Source: an uncultured Nitrososphaeraceae archaeon (GTDB lineage Archaea; Thermoproteota; Nitrososphaeria; Nitrososphaerales; Nitrososphaeraceae). Taken from it: 64,000 nucleotides of DNA. A model generated the notes under the pieces. It was not told the DNA's origin, searched no databases, and saw only the letters and a program-made list of their open reading frames with translations. The position numbers were made by a program, and so were the translations under genes. This document shows positions 21,872-31,752 of this stretch, in pieces (position 1 is the first letter of the stretch; each line of letters starts with the position of its first letter). The DNA lies in assembly GCA_963779615.1 (NCBI GenBank), contig CAVZZA010000003.1, forward strand, positions 53,237 to 117,236, in the 5' to 3' direction.

Positions 21872-23428
21872 TCACTTTGATATTGATAGGTTTGTCCTCC
21901 TTTTTAAAATGAGCCCCGATGCAATGGATATGGTTGATATCAAAGTAGCTGTTAGAAAGATCAGGTTGTAAGATAATAATGATGGATATGATCTTCCACC
22001 AACTTCATTCACAGAGTCTTGGTATGTTTGCATGAATATTGAGGCAATCACAGGTCCGATTGAACTTCCAATTAGCACAATTACAATCGATATACCAACG
22101 GATACACCACTAAATTGGTGTGGAGTGTATTGCAACACGATATTAAATGCGCCTACATTTATCAATGACAGCCCTGCAGATATCATCACCAAATTAACAG
22201 CAATCATGAATTCCGTTGCATGAAAAACAAACAGGACGAAAAAACCAATTGTTGTGATAATGCTCCCCGCTATTACTGGTATAAAGTTACCAATTTTAGC
22301 TACAATGAATCCGGAAGAAGGAGCAAATACCAAAAACACTACCATAAAGGGCAATTGGATATTGGCACTGGTTATTGCGTCCCCGCCAAATCCAATGGGC
22401 GGAGGACTAGTTACTAAAATTGGAATAGTTTGATACACCATAAACATTGTGATACCAAAAGTTAGAAGAATGATGTTCGTAGGAAGAAGGATTTTATTTG
22501 CTATTAAATTAAGTGGGATTAACGGCGTTGGTACTTTCCGCTCTATGACAATAAAAAGGATTGAGGAGACTATTGTTAATGTGGCTAATGAAACTAAAAC
22601 AGCAAAAGTATAGGACGAATCAACTGAACCCCTGTTGATATCACTATTAGTATTTGCAAAATAGGTCAGCGTAAGTAAAAATGAAGTTATTGTTATTGCC
22701 AAGGTTACAGTTCCCTTTAGGTCCATGCTATATTCATTACTGTTAACAATTTTTTGCGACTCTGAGGTGTTCTTTATTGTATGATTGGCATCTATACTTT
22801 GCATAAAATCTGCTTCCCCATTTCTTTTTTCCTCCGCTTTTGAGCGGTCATCGTTTTGGACAAATTGTTTGATTATTACCCAAAGAATAATAGCAACAGG
22901 TATTATAGTAAAAAATGTAGACTGCCATCCGAAATTTTTAATGATAGTGCCACCTATCGCTATGCCCACTACTGAACCTGCAGCAAACATTGAACTAAAT
23001 ATACCAACACTTATTGCAAGCTTATGTACTGGAAATTGATCTCTTATAATCCCAAATGCTATCGGAAACATGGATATACCCAAGCCTTGGATAACCCTAG
23101 CAGTAAGAAGAACATAGATATTAGTCGATAGCCCACCAAGAACAATTCCTATGATATAGACAATAAATATAATCAACACCATTTTCTTTTTGCCATAAAC
23201 ATCAGATAGTTTTCCGGCAATTGGAGTCATTACCGCGCCTGAAATAAGGTATGCCGTAAGTATCCACGATGAAGTGCTATACGAAATATCAAAATCTTTA
23301 ATGATCTGGCCAATAGCTGGTATTAACATAGTCTCACCATACATAGTAATTAAAATGGTAGACCCCAAAATGGCAAGTGTTATCCATGTGGATGCCTGAA
23401 TTTTTTCAGAAGGTTTTGCCACATTCAT
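21872..23428 (-). CDS. MFS transporter (14 TM type)
   Basis: GKLSDVYGKK motif A, ARVIQGLG, FGWQSTFF; SD-like gaaggtgat just upstream of the ATG. Confidence 0.92.
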   Translation of the reverse strand: MNVAKPSEKIQASTWITLAILGSTILITMYGETMLIPAIGQIIKDFDISYSTSSWILTAYLISGAVMTPIAGKLSDVYGKKKMVLIIFIVYIIGIVLGGLSTNIYVLLTARVIQGLGISMFPIAFGIIRDQFPVHKLAISVGIFSSMFAAGSVVGIAIGGTIIKNFGWQSTFFTIIPVAIILWVIIKQFVQNDDRSKAEEKRNGEADFMQSIDANHTIKNTSESQKIVNSNEYSMDLKGTVTLAITITSFLLTLTYFANTNSDINRGSVDSSYTFAVLVSLATLTIVSSILFIVIERKVPTPLIPLNLIANKILLPTNIILLTFGITMFMVYQTIPILVTSPPPIGFGGDAITSANIQLPFMVVFLVFAPSSGFIVAKIGNFIPVIAGSIITTIGFFVLFVFHATEFMIAVNLVMISAGLSLINVGAFNIVLQYTPHQFSGVSVGISIVIVLIGSSIGPVIASIFMQTYQDSVNEVGGRSYPSLLSYNLIFLTATLISTISIASGLILKRRTNLSISK

Positions 23429-24193
23429 CGATCACCTTCCGCCTTTAATATGTCCTAATACCTATCGGTTACTTTTGCCATGAGGGTGAAGAAGAAGATG
23501 ATGTGAAAACACATTTCCTAGCCAGTTCCTAAATGTATGTGTCATTTTTAAATCCCCATCTTACCCTGTAACATTTCACTATTCTCTTCTATGTTAGAAC
23601 CATCCAAGCCTAAAAATTAAGACTTTTCCGTTGTTGCAGGTATTTCCCCTTATTAATAATACAATGTTTTTATGCTGATTACATTTGCATTTATCTTAAC
23701 AAATAAAACCATCATTCATTTGTTATTGGGTTCAACCGTATTTTAGCAATTAGAAATACAATAGCAAAATTACAGATTTAATGTAAAATCTTACTTGACA
23801 AAAAAGAAGAGAATCAACGGGTTTCCGACTTCTTTTTGTTTTGTATCTTAATCTATTGTTAAGGCCACAAGGAACAACAAACAGCACAAGCAGATGATTC
23901 AGCAGGAGGATATCCGTTAGTTCAAACAGGTGGTACTACTGGAGGAAAAATAGGATTAGTCAAACATAACCAATTATGAATATTTTTTTCATTTATTTTT
24001 TATTTTCGTATCTTTCAGGCGGATATAATAGTCATGGTTGTTAAAATACCTTTTAATATAAAAATTCAGTAGTAGAGTTATCTTACTAGTAGCATAAAAT
24101 AATTCAATGGCCTTTATTGAATAAGTTTACTTTTACCATTAATATTATATTATACGATAAATAATTTGACATTTATCTTGATTTTTGTCCACT

Positions 24194-25137
24194 TGGACCC
24201 TATACCAAAACTATCATTCTATAAACAGTTATCCCCAGGAGAACGGTACTAACTCAAGATAGTTTTCCATCTTTTCATATCATTTGAATATCTTTCTAAA
24301 CCTGTTGTGCCATGAGTTGGTTCTCTCCACAACCCATGTTCTTGCAGGATGTTCTTTGCGATTTGAGGTTTTTTCTTTTCCGTATCTTTCTTGACCTCTC
24401 TTTTTTTTCTCCTGTACGGTAAATGTAGCACATATCCTCGTTTTGCAATTGCTTGTTCTTCGGGCTTGGACTATATGCTTTATCAAGACAAGGGTGTTGC
24501 AGTTTTCTTTTTCTTCCCGTCTTTGTTTTAGCATATGGAATACATCTTTAGCAACCGCATTATCCACTACATCTGTTACTAATTTAACATCATTCATACT
24601 TGCAGATGACATGACAGCTGAGAGCGGGATACCTTCCTTATCTGTTAAAACATGCTTATTTGTGCCCAGCTTGCCTCTGTCGGCGGGATTGCTTCCAGTC
24701 ATCTCCCCCCCCTAAATGCGACTTTATGGATACGCTGTCAGGTGAGCACCAGGTCCACTTGATGCCCACTAGATTGTCATAGATTTTTAGCACCCTTATC
24801 CATATTTTCCTAAAGATGTCAAGTTTAATCCATTCCTGAAATCGCCTATGGCATGTCGAACCAGATCCATTTCCAGGATGGAACACCTTCCATCGGCATC
24901 CTGTTCTTAGAATGTATAGGACACCAGCAAGTACTTTTTTAAATGGTATGATTGGACGACCAACAGTTTTAGATTGTTTCTCTTTGGGTCAAACGATTCT
25001 AAAATTATCCCACAATTCATCTGAAATCTTGCATATAGTGCAAATATCCTTTTTATCCTCCTCCTTCTGGATGCAGGCCCCACGTTGGCAGTGATGATAA
25101 CAAGCTATACTTCTATCGAATTTTGGGATAGGCTCTA
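24194..25137 (-). mobile_element. Decayed IS5-family element (IS427/IS1031-like)
   Basis: Transposase fragments (HRRFQEW, LGG-EMTGSNPADRGKLG, WVVERTNSW). Ends tggaccctataccaaaa / ttttgggataggctcta form a 14/17 inverted repeat. Confidence 0.85.
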
Positions 25138-25729
25138 GAAAATTGATTTAGTAACTTTCAAAAGGATCCTTCAAGTATATATGGAAAGTCAGAGTCCCGT
25201 CTTTACCTGATATACTAGAGATGCTAAAAAATAATGTCGGGTACGGTAATTTGGAACAAGTAGATCCTCCAAAAAGGAATCAGAATTGAATAGTGTACTA
25301 AAGGAACTACAATGTTCTAAAATGTTGCATAGTGTATTTTTTTTAATAATCTTACTAAATGGCCCGTTAACTCGGTCATGTGAGCATATTAGAGACTATT
25401 TTTGTCAAAAGACAAGATTGCAATTATTTCCAGAATAAATAGATCTCAATTAATATATAATTACCAAGACTGCAAACCTCAATAATTAATTATAAATATA
25501 CCTTAAACGGTAAAATTTGTGCTTAATACCCTAGGGGTTTTATTAGAAATTTTATAACTGCTTAGTATGCGACAAATCTATCGAATTGTATTTGAAATAT
25601 TAAACCCAATAACAAATCGAGAACAAAATTTATATAAATAATCATACAAATACTTTGATAGGTTGAATTGATCTATTAATTTTACTAAATAACAGACACC
25701 CTTATCTAGGACTATTATGATTATTTAAT

Positions 25730-25906
25730 ATGCCTATAATAACTGTTGATATGTATAGTGGAAGAACCCAAAGAGAAAAAGACAAATTAGCAGAGGCAAT
25801 CACCGAGGACGTAGTAAAAATACTAGGTGTAACAAAAGAGGAGGTCATAATAGTTTTCAATGAGCTATCTCATGGGAATTGGTATGCCTCAGGTATTCGC
25901 CTCTAA
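25730..25906 (+). CDS. 4-oxalocrotonate tautomerase family protein (58 aa; not in ORF track)
   Basis: MPIITVDMYSGRTQREKDKLAEAITEDVVKILGVTKEEVIIVFNELSHGNWYASG: catalytic Pro after Met, GRT motif, NW motif. Confidence 0.85.
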   Translation: MPIITVDMYSGRTQREKDKLAEAITEDVVKILGVTKEEVIIVFNELSHGNWYASGIRL

Positions 25907-26097
25907 TAAAAAACCAAAAAAAACAACAATAAACCTTGCTTAATGATGATAAAACTCATTCAAAATTATTGTTGATTTTAGCAGACTAGTTTTGTTTTTT
26001 TCAGTAGGGCTTTCTTTCTATTGCCATAATCTCTATTTTTTTGTATTTGGTTCATTTAGACACAAGCAAAATATATCTTTCTGTAAACAAATACTGA

Positions 26098-26749
26098 TTG
26101 TATTAACAATACGTCAATCAATCCTAAAGACGAATGGTCATCAGAACAGCATGCCCGGGCTTTTTTGAAAAAAGCCAATAATATACCCCATAGATCAGAG
26201 GGGGAGGATGTTTTGTTTGACCACATTCCAAAGGAGGCAATCCGAGTGTTAGACCTTGGAACAGGAGACGGTAGATTGCTAAGATTGTTAAAAAACAAAA
26301 TTCCAGACATGCGTGCGGTTGCCATGGATGTTTCGCCTATAATGCTAGAGTCGGTAAAGAGCAATTTTGCTAATGACTCTAGTGTACAAATAATAGAGCA
26401 TGATCTTGGCAATTCCCTACCAAATATAGGATGTTTTGATGCAGTTATCTCTGGCTTTACCATACATCATTTAAGCCATGAACGTAAGCGTTCACTTTTT
26501 AAAGAAACCTATGATATGCTTAACCCCAAAGGAATATTTTGCAATTTGGATAATGTTGCTTCAACTTCCGAGAAACACCATATTCGATTTCTTTATGCAA
26601 TAGGCTTTGCACCCGAAACTGAAAGTAAATCTGATAACCTGTTACCTATGGAAATACAATTAGAGTGGCTAAGGGAGATAGGGTTCAAGGATGTAGATTG
26701 CTACTGGAAATGGCTAGAATTTGCTCTTTTAATCGGATATAAATTATAA
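26098..26749 (+). CDS. Class I SAM-dependent methyltransferase
   Basis: VLDLGTGDG motif I, FDAVISGFTIHH, LNPKGIF. The open frame extends upstream of the track start (26165). TTG at 26098 joins it if one extra base at ~26101-26104 is removed. Confidence 0.85.
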
Positions 26750-28442
26750 ATAGACACAGCAAAATGAATTTTCTTTTTTTTCAGGAGGTTTACCTTTGAA
26801 AGAAGTTTGAATAAAACTAGAGATTCAGGACATATAGAATGATTTTTCTTTTCTTTAATATGTTGAGCCTGCAATATTATGTTGATATTTGTAATGTCCA
26901 TAATTATTTTTAATGCAGAACAAACTATTTATTTAAAACTTACTTTGATTATCTTTACCGCACTTTTGTCTTTTTACTATATCAAACTATAGTATCACTA
27001 AATGAAGCTTGAACTAATATTCTAACTAAACCAAATAGACAACACCACAATTGCAAAAACAATGAAAAATTAATCTTTATACATTCATGGCTGCTCGGCT
27101 TGCGGTATCCTTAGAACGAATCCTTAAGTAATAACAAACGAGTAAATTATGATTTCCGTCAAGGCGTTCCATAAAACAATAAACATTTAGAAAAGATGCC
27201 ACAATATTAAATATAAAATCAAACCCAATAGTACAAAGGATATCAAATAGACATAGAGAAAATTTTTAGGTTAAGAAAATTGACATTGGCCCAAGGGCGC
27301 AAATGGGAATATCCGTTCTTTAAAACACACCCCATTTTTTACAATATCTGTATTTTTTTTAGGAAAAAGGGCATAATTGGTGACAGCAAAACAATATTAA
27401 ACTTTTAACTCGTGGAAATTTATAAGGTTTCCTAAATGAAAGCCAAAAAAGGGGGATGGGTTTTTTGCGTTAATGGGAGGTATCCGTATGTTCCTTTAGT
27501 TCTTGTCGAGAATTAAATTTCTGATCACATTTATCACATGAGAATGTTGCGTCTACGTTAGTAGAACTTTCATCAGATTGTTCTCCGCTATCTACTTTAT
27601 CATAACTCATTGTTTTCAGTTACATATCATAATATATAAGATACCTGCGTCTTTTTTATGGCGATGGACTTGGACGTCATCTTTTTTTATTGAAAAAACA
27701 GCTGTTCTTTACATTTAAATAGAGATGTAGGCCACCTCCAAATTTTCTTCCTCTTTTGTTGTCTTTTCTTTTTGATTCAAGATGTTATAATTCAATTCAT
27801 TTTTGTGACACCTTTTTGTTATCCATTTGTTGTTGTAAACAATGTCTAACTGGATCCTTTGGCACTGGTGAATGGTCCAAAAACCAATGCTTTTTGGACA
27901 GCCTATCATACGGGAGCAAAGAAGTTAGTTGGAACAAGTCTAGCGCACCAGTCCAGCCCATGACCTTTAACAATAGTTCTTTCAAAAGCAATGACAGGAA
28001 TGTGCCACTGCATTCAGAAAAAAATGTACCAGGTAAGGAATTAGTAGATAGTGTAAGGCAGAGGAAATACGTAAAAAGGGAGCAGGCAAGGGAATTGGGT
28101 GAACTTAACTACAGCAAAAATGGCATGGGCATAACCATTCAGGACATGACGTCTTGGATTCAGTTTTCTTAACCATTATAGAATGTTTTGCTGTGAGTTA
28201 TTATGCAACAACCTTTTCAAACTTCCTCTCCTAACTCCATACCGATCATTGCCATCAAACATACGGTTGGAGAGAAAAGTAGAATAGCTCATTGCCGGCC
28301 AAACAAGGATTTGTTAAATGTAATATTTTGGTTCAGGATTTAGCACACCATTTAACAAATGTTAAGTAAAATCAATTTAAAGTTATCATTAATAAATAGA
28401 AAAGTACGGAAAGTTTATCTTTATTATTGCAGGAAATTATGA

Positions 28443-29951
28443 ATGCAGGTAGGAAAAATCTACAGAAATTCCTCATTAGACATAACAAATGAATTAGAAA
28501 AGGCCGAAATAAAGTGGGTAAGACTAAATTTTTGCGATCCTTTGGGTTATCTTCATCAAATTTCTGTCAACAGCAAGGAGATTACAGAGGATGCATTTAA
28601 GCAAGGACTACCAAGGCTCGATGGCAGCTCCATAAAAGGATTTAAGGAGATCTATGAGTCAGATATGCTGCTCAAACCCGACCCTTCCACTTTTGCCATA
28701 TTGCCAGACTATTTTGACAAAAATCACCATCAGACTAGGGACTGCACATATCCTTCAATGGCGGCACGCATGTTTGTCGATATTTATGAGGGATTCGGTG
28801 GAAAAAGGTATTCTAGGGATAGCAGATATATCGCACAAAAAGCCGAAGAGGTATTGAATGACAAAGGCTTTGAGAAGAGTTATTGGGGGCCCGAGTTGGA
28901 ATTTTTTGTTTTCAACAAAATTACTCTCCTACCAAATCCCATGTCCTCCGTAAATTGTTCTGGTGGGTCGGGATACTCTATTGAATCCTCCGAGGCACCG
29001 TGGAACTCCTCCAATGACAGTGGGTACACCATTCCATTTAAGGGAGGCTACTTTCCTGCTCCCCCAGCAGACAGTTTGACAGATTTAAGAGATGAAGTTT
29101 CGGAAACTTTGCAAGAGTTTTTTGGAATAAGAGTTGATGCCCATCACCACGAGGTCGCGACAGCCGGACAATGTGAGATTCAGATGGTATATGATGAGCT
29201 TACACACATGGCAGACAACGTAATTACCTACAAGAAGACAGTAAAGGAAGTCGCGGCCAAACGCCATATGATTGCAAATTTTATGCCAAAACCAATAGCG
29301 CTTGATAATGGTTCTGGTATGCATGTGAGCCAGAGCTTGTGGACAAAAAGGAAGCATGGAAATGACATGAATGTGTTCTTTGATATTTCCGACGAATACG
29401 CAGAGCTAAGCCAAACCGCCCATTACTATATTGGAGGATTAATAGAGCATGCAAGGTCGCTTTGCGCTATAACAAACCCCACAACCAATTCCTACAGGAG
29501 ATTAGTCCCTGGGTATGAAGCCCCAATAAATGTGGCATGGAGTAAAATGAATAGATCGGCCAGTATAAGAATTCCTGCCCACTTCAAAAACATGGAGAGG
29601 CAGAAAAGAATAGAGTACAGAACACCTGATCCAAGTTCAAACATCTACCTTGTGGAGGCTGCGTTGTTGTTGGCAGGTCTTGATGGGATAAACAAAAAAA
29701 TTTCGCCACCAGACCACATAGATAAGGACATTTACAAACTTACAGAACAACAAAAAAGAGAAGGAGGAATCAAGAAATTACCCACTTCATTATTGGACGC
29801 TATTGAGTCTTTGGAATCAGACAATGAGTTTTTGAAGCCAGTTTTTACAAATGACTTCCTTGAAACATACTTCCAGATCAGAAAAGATGAGTATACAGCA
29901 GTTGCAGCAGTTCCCTCACCGAGAGAATTTTATATGTACGGGAATATCTAG
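28443..29951 (+). CDS. glnA: Glutamine synthetase type I
   Basis: DGSSI, GPELEFF, KGGYF, HHHEVAT, FMPKP..NGSGMH, RLVPGYEAP, NRSASIRIP, RIEYRTPDP. Confidence 0.97.
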   Translation: MQVGKIYRNSSLDITNELEKAEIKWVRLNFCDPLGYLHQISVNSKEITEDAFKQGLPRLDGSSIKGFKEIYESDMLLKPDPSTFAILPDYFDKNHHQTRDCTYPSMAARMFVDIYEGFGGKRYSRDSRYIAQKAEEVLNDKGFEKSYWGPELEFFVFNKITLLPNPMSSVNCSGGSGYSIESSEAPWNSSNDSGYTIPFKGGYFPAPPADSLTDLRDEVSETLQEFFGIRVDAHHHEVATAGQCEIQMVYDELTHMADNVITYKKTVKEVAAKRHMIANFMPKPIALDNGSGMHVSQSLWTKRKHGNDMNVFFDISDEYAELSQTAHYYIGGLIEHARSLCAITNPTTNSYRRLVPGYEAPINVAWSKMNRSASIRIPAHFKNMERQKRIEYRTPDPSSNIYLVEAALLLAGLDGINKKISPPDHIDKDIYKLTEQQKREGGIKKLPTSLLDAIESLESDNEFLKPVFTNDFLETYFQIRKDEYTAVAAVPSPREFYMYGNI

Positions 29952-30559
29952 TTAAAGACATGTCGTATCCTAAAGATGTATTGGAGACTAAAGGAAACCT
30001 TCTGAAGGAATCTTCTGCTTCTTCTTATTCTCCTATTCTAACAGACAATATTTCGAATTCTCATTATTATGACAAGACAAAGATAATCCTAGACGCAAGA
30101 AAAGCATTTGATGGGCTTATCCCATATTCAGGATTAGGCGCCAATTCAACGAATGATTATTTTTCATCTATTGATTTTATTGGCGGTGGAAAACTTAAAG
30201 CAGATGAAGACTACAGCGATGTGGATCTATCAGTAACGATTGAGAGCGTTATTTATATGTATGGGAATGTCTAGTTAAAGATATGTCGTATCCTAAAGAT
30301 GTATTGGAGATTAAAAGAAACCTTCTGAAGGAATCTTCTGCTTCTTCTAGTAGTATTTTAGATAATATTTCGAATTCTCATTATTATGACAAGACAAAGA
30401 TAATCCTAGACGCAAGAAAAGCATTTGATGGGCTTATCCCATATTCAGGATTAGGCGCCAATTCAACGAATGATTATTTTTCATCTATTGATTTTATTGG
30501 CGGTGGAAAACTTAAAGCAGATGAAGACTACAGCGATGTGGATCTATCATTAACGATTG
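29921..30559 (+). repeat. Imperfect ~320-bp tandem duplication across the glnA / glutamate synthase junction
   Basis: Unit 1 ~29921-30242, unit 2 ~30242-30559. 30047-30232 and 30364-30549 read as identical; the 5' parts differ by several substitutions and small indels. Confidence 0.95.
29960..30274 (+). CDS. Chimeric 104-aa ORF: N-terminus of the GOGAT FMN subunit fused to a copy of the GlnA C-terminal tail
   Basis: First ~94 aa nearly equal the start of 30283..31752; ends IYMYGNV* versus GlnA FYMYGNI*. Confidence 0.55.
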   Translation: MSYPKDVLETKGNLLKESSASSYSPILTDNISNSHYYDKTKIILDARKAFDGLIPYSGLGANSTNDYFSSIDFIGGGKLKADEDYSDVDLSVTIESVIYMYGNV

Positions 30560-31752
30560 GAGGACGTTACTCAAATAATGTTATAACATCAGACATACCA
30601 TTTTTTGTTTCTGGTATGAGCTATGGTTCATTGAAGCTTCCTGCAAAAATAGCATTGCACATAGCATTAAACAAACTTGCTATTGAAGATGGGATAAGAG
30701 TAATAATGAATACTGGTGAAGGTGGAGCATTGCCATGGGAAATCTATGGCTCGGATACTAAAAATAATAGTATAATGGAATATGCTGAAAGGCTGCTTAG
30801 GGAGCACAATTTAGACAGTATAGATAGAGAACAACTTTTCCAAAGGCATTATCCTTTGGTAGTTCAATATGCGTCAGGCAGATTTTGGAGAGACCCTAAC
30901 TACTTGTTGATACCGGATGCGATAGAAATCAAGATAGGTCAGGGTGCAAAAATAGGACATGGAGGAATGTTACCAGGTTCAAAGGTAACGGAGCTCGTAG
31001 CTGAGAATCGTGGAATACCTCCTTATAGATCAGCTTACTCGCCTTCAAGACATTTAGATATCTTGGGGCCTGAGGATTTGGTTGCCAAGATCCTTGAATT
31101 AAGAGAACTCACTGATTGGAAGGTTCCAATAATTGTAAAGGTAGGGGCTTCAAGAGCTTATGATGACATTCAGATAATACTCAAATCTTATGCAGATTCT
31201 GCTGCCATAGATGGAATTGTGGGAGGTACTGGTGCGGCTCCATGGGAGATTCGAGATATTGTTGGAATAAATACAATACCTTCGATAAGGTTGGGAAAAA
31301 ATGCAATAAATGATTATTATTTGAATAACGAGACAAATGAGTTTAAACTACTCGCCCATGGTGGTATTTGGGATTCGAAACGAATTGCAAAATGCATTGC
31401 TCTTGGAGCAAATGGAGTAGGCATAGGTACAGGGTTTCTCATATCAATGGGGTGTACATTGATTCAAGACTGTTATACTAATACTTGTCCTGCAGGCTTA
31501 ACCGGCTCATTTGAAAAGCTTGATATAGAATTCAGTGTAAAGAGAATAATCAATTACATTAAGGGAACAATGATCGAACTGCAAAATATTGTAGGTTCAT
31601 TAGGGAAGAAAAGAATCAAAGACCTTGGCCGAGAGGATCTTATTGCTACTGATGAAATATCAAGCATAGTATCGGGACTCTATAACAATAAGAATGTAAA
31701 GGCAGAGGATCATAGAATGTATGGAAAAAAAATTGCTGAGTTAAAAAATTGA
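30283..31752 (+). CDS. gltB: Glutamate synthase, FMN-binding subunit (archaeal split GOGAT)
   Basis: SGMSYGS, NTGEGG, QYASGRF, EIKIGQGAKIGHGGMLPG, DGIVGGTGAA, and the [3Fe-4S] motif CTLIQDCYTNTCP. Confidence 0.9.
   Translation: MSYPKDVLEIKRNLLKESSASSSSILDNISNSHYYDKTKIILDARKAFDGLIPYSGLGANSTNDYFSSIDFIGGGKLKADEDYSDVDLSLTIGGRYSNNVITSDIPFFVSGMSYGSLKLPAKIALHIALNKLAIEDGIRVIMNTGEGGALPWEIYGSDTKNNSIMEYAERLLREHNLDSIDREQLFQRHYPLVVQYASGRFWRDPNYLLIPDAIEIKIGQGAKIGHGGMLPGSKVTELVAENRGIPPYRSAYSPSRHLDILGPEDLVAKILELRELTDWKVPIIVKVGASRAYDDIQIILKSYADSAAIDGIVGGTGAAPWEIRDIVGINTIPSIRLGKNAINDYYLNNETNEFKLLAHGGIWDSKRIAKCIALGANGVGIGTGFLISMGCTLIQDCYTNTCPAGLTGSFEKLDIEFSVKRIINYIKGTMIELQNIVGSLGKKRIKDLGREDLIATDEISSIVSGLYNNKNVKAEDHRMYGKKIAELKN

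Noticed and set aside
24705-24712. Programmed ribosomal frameshift site in the IS5 element (G8)
   Set aside because: The element has several other lesions, and one fewer G simply restores the frame; cannot be separated from decay or error.
27756-28172. 138-aa ORF upstream of glnA as a leader or regulator
   Set aside because: No recognisable motif, implausible N-terminus, competing ORFs on the other strand; looks like a decayed remnant.
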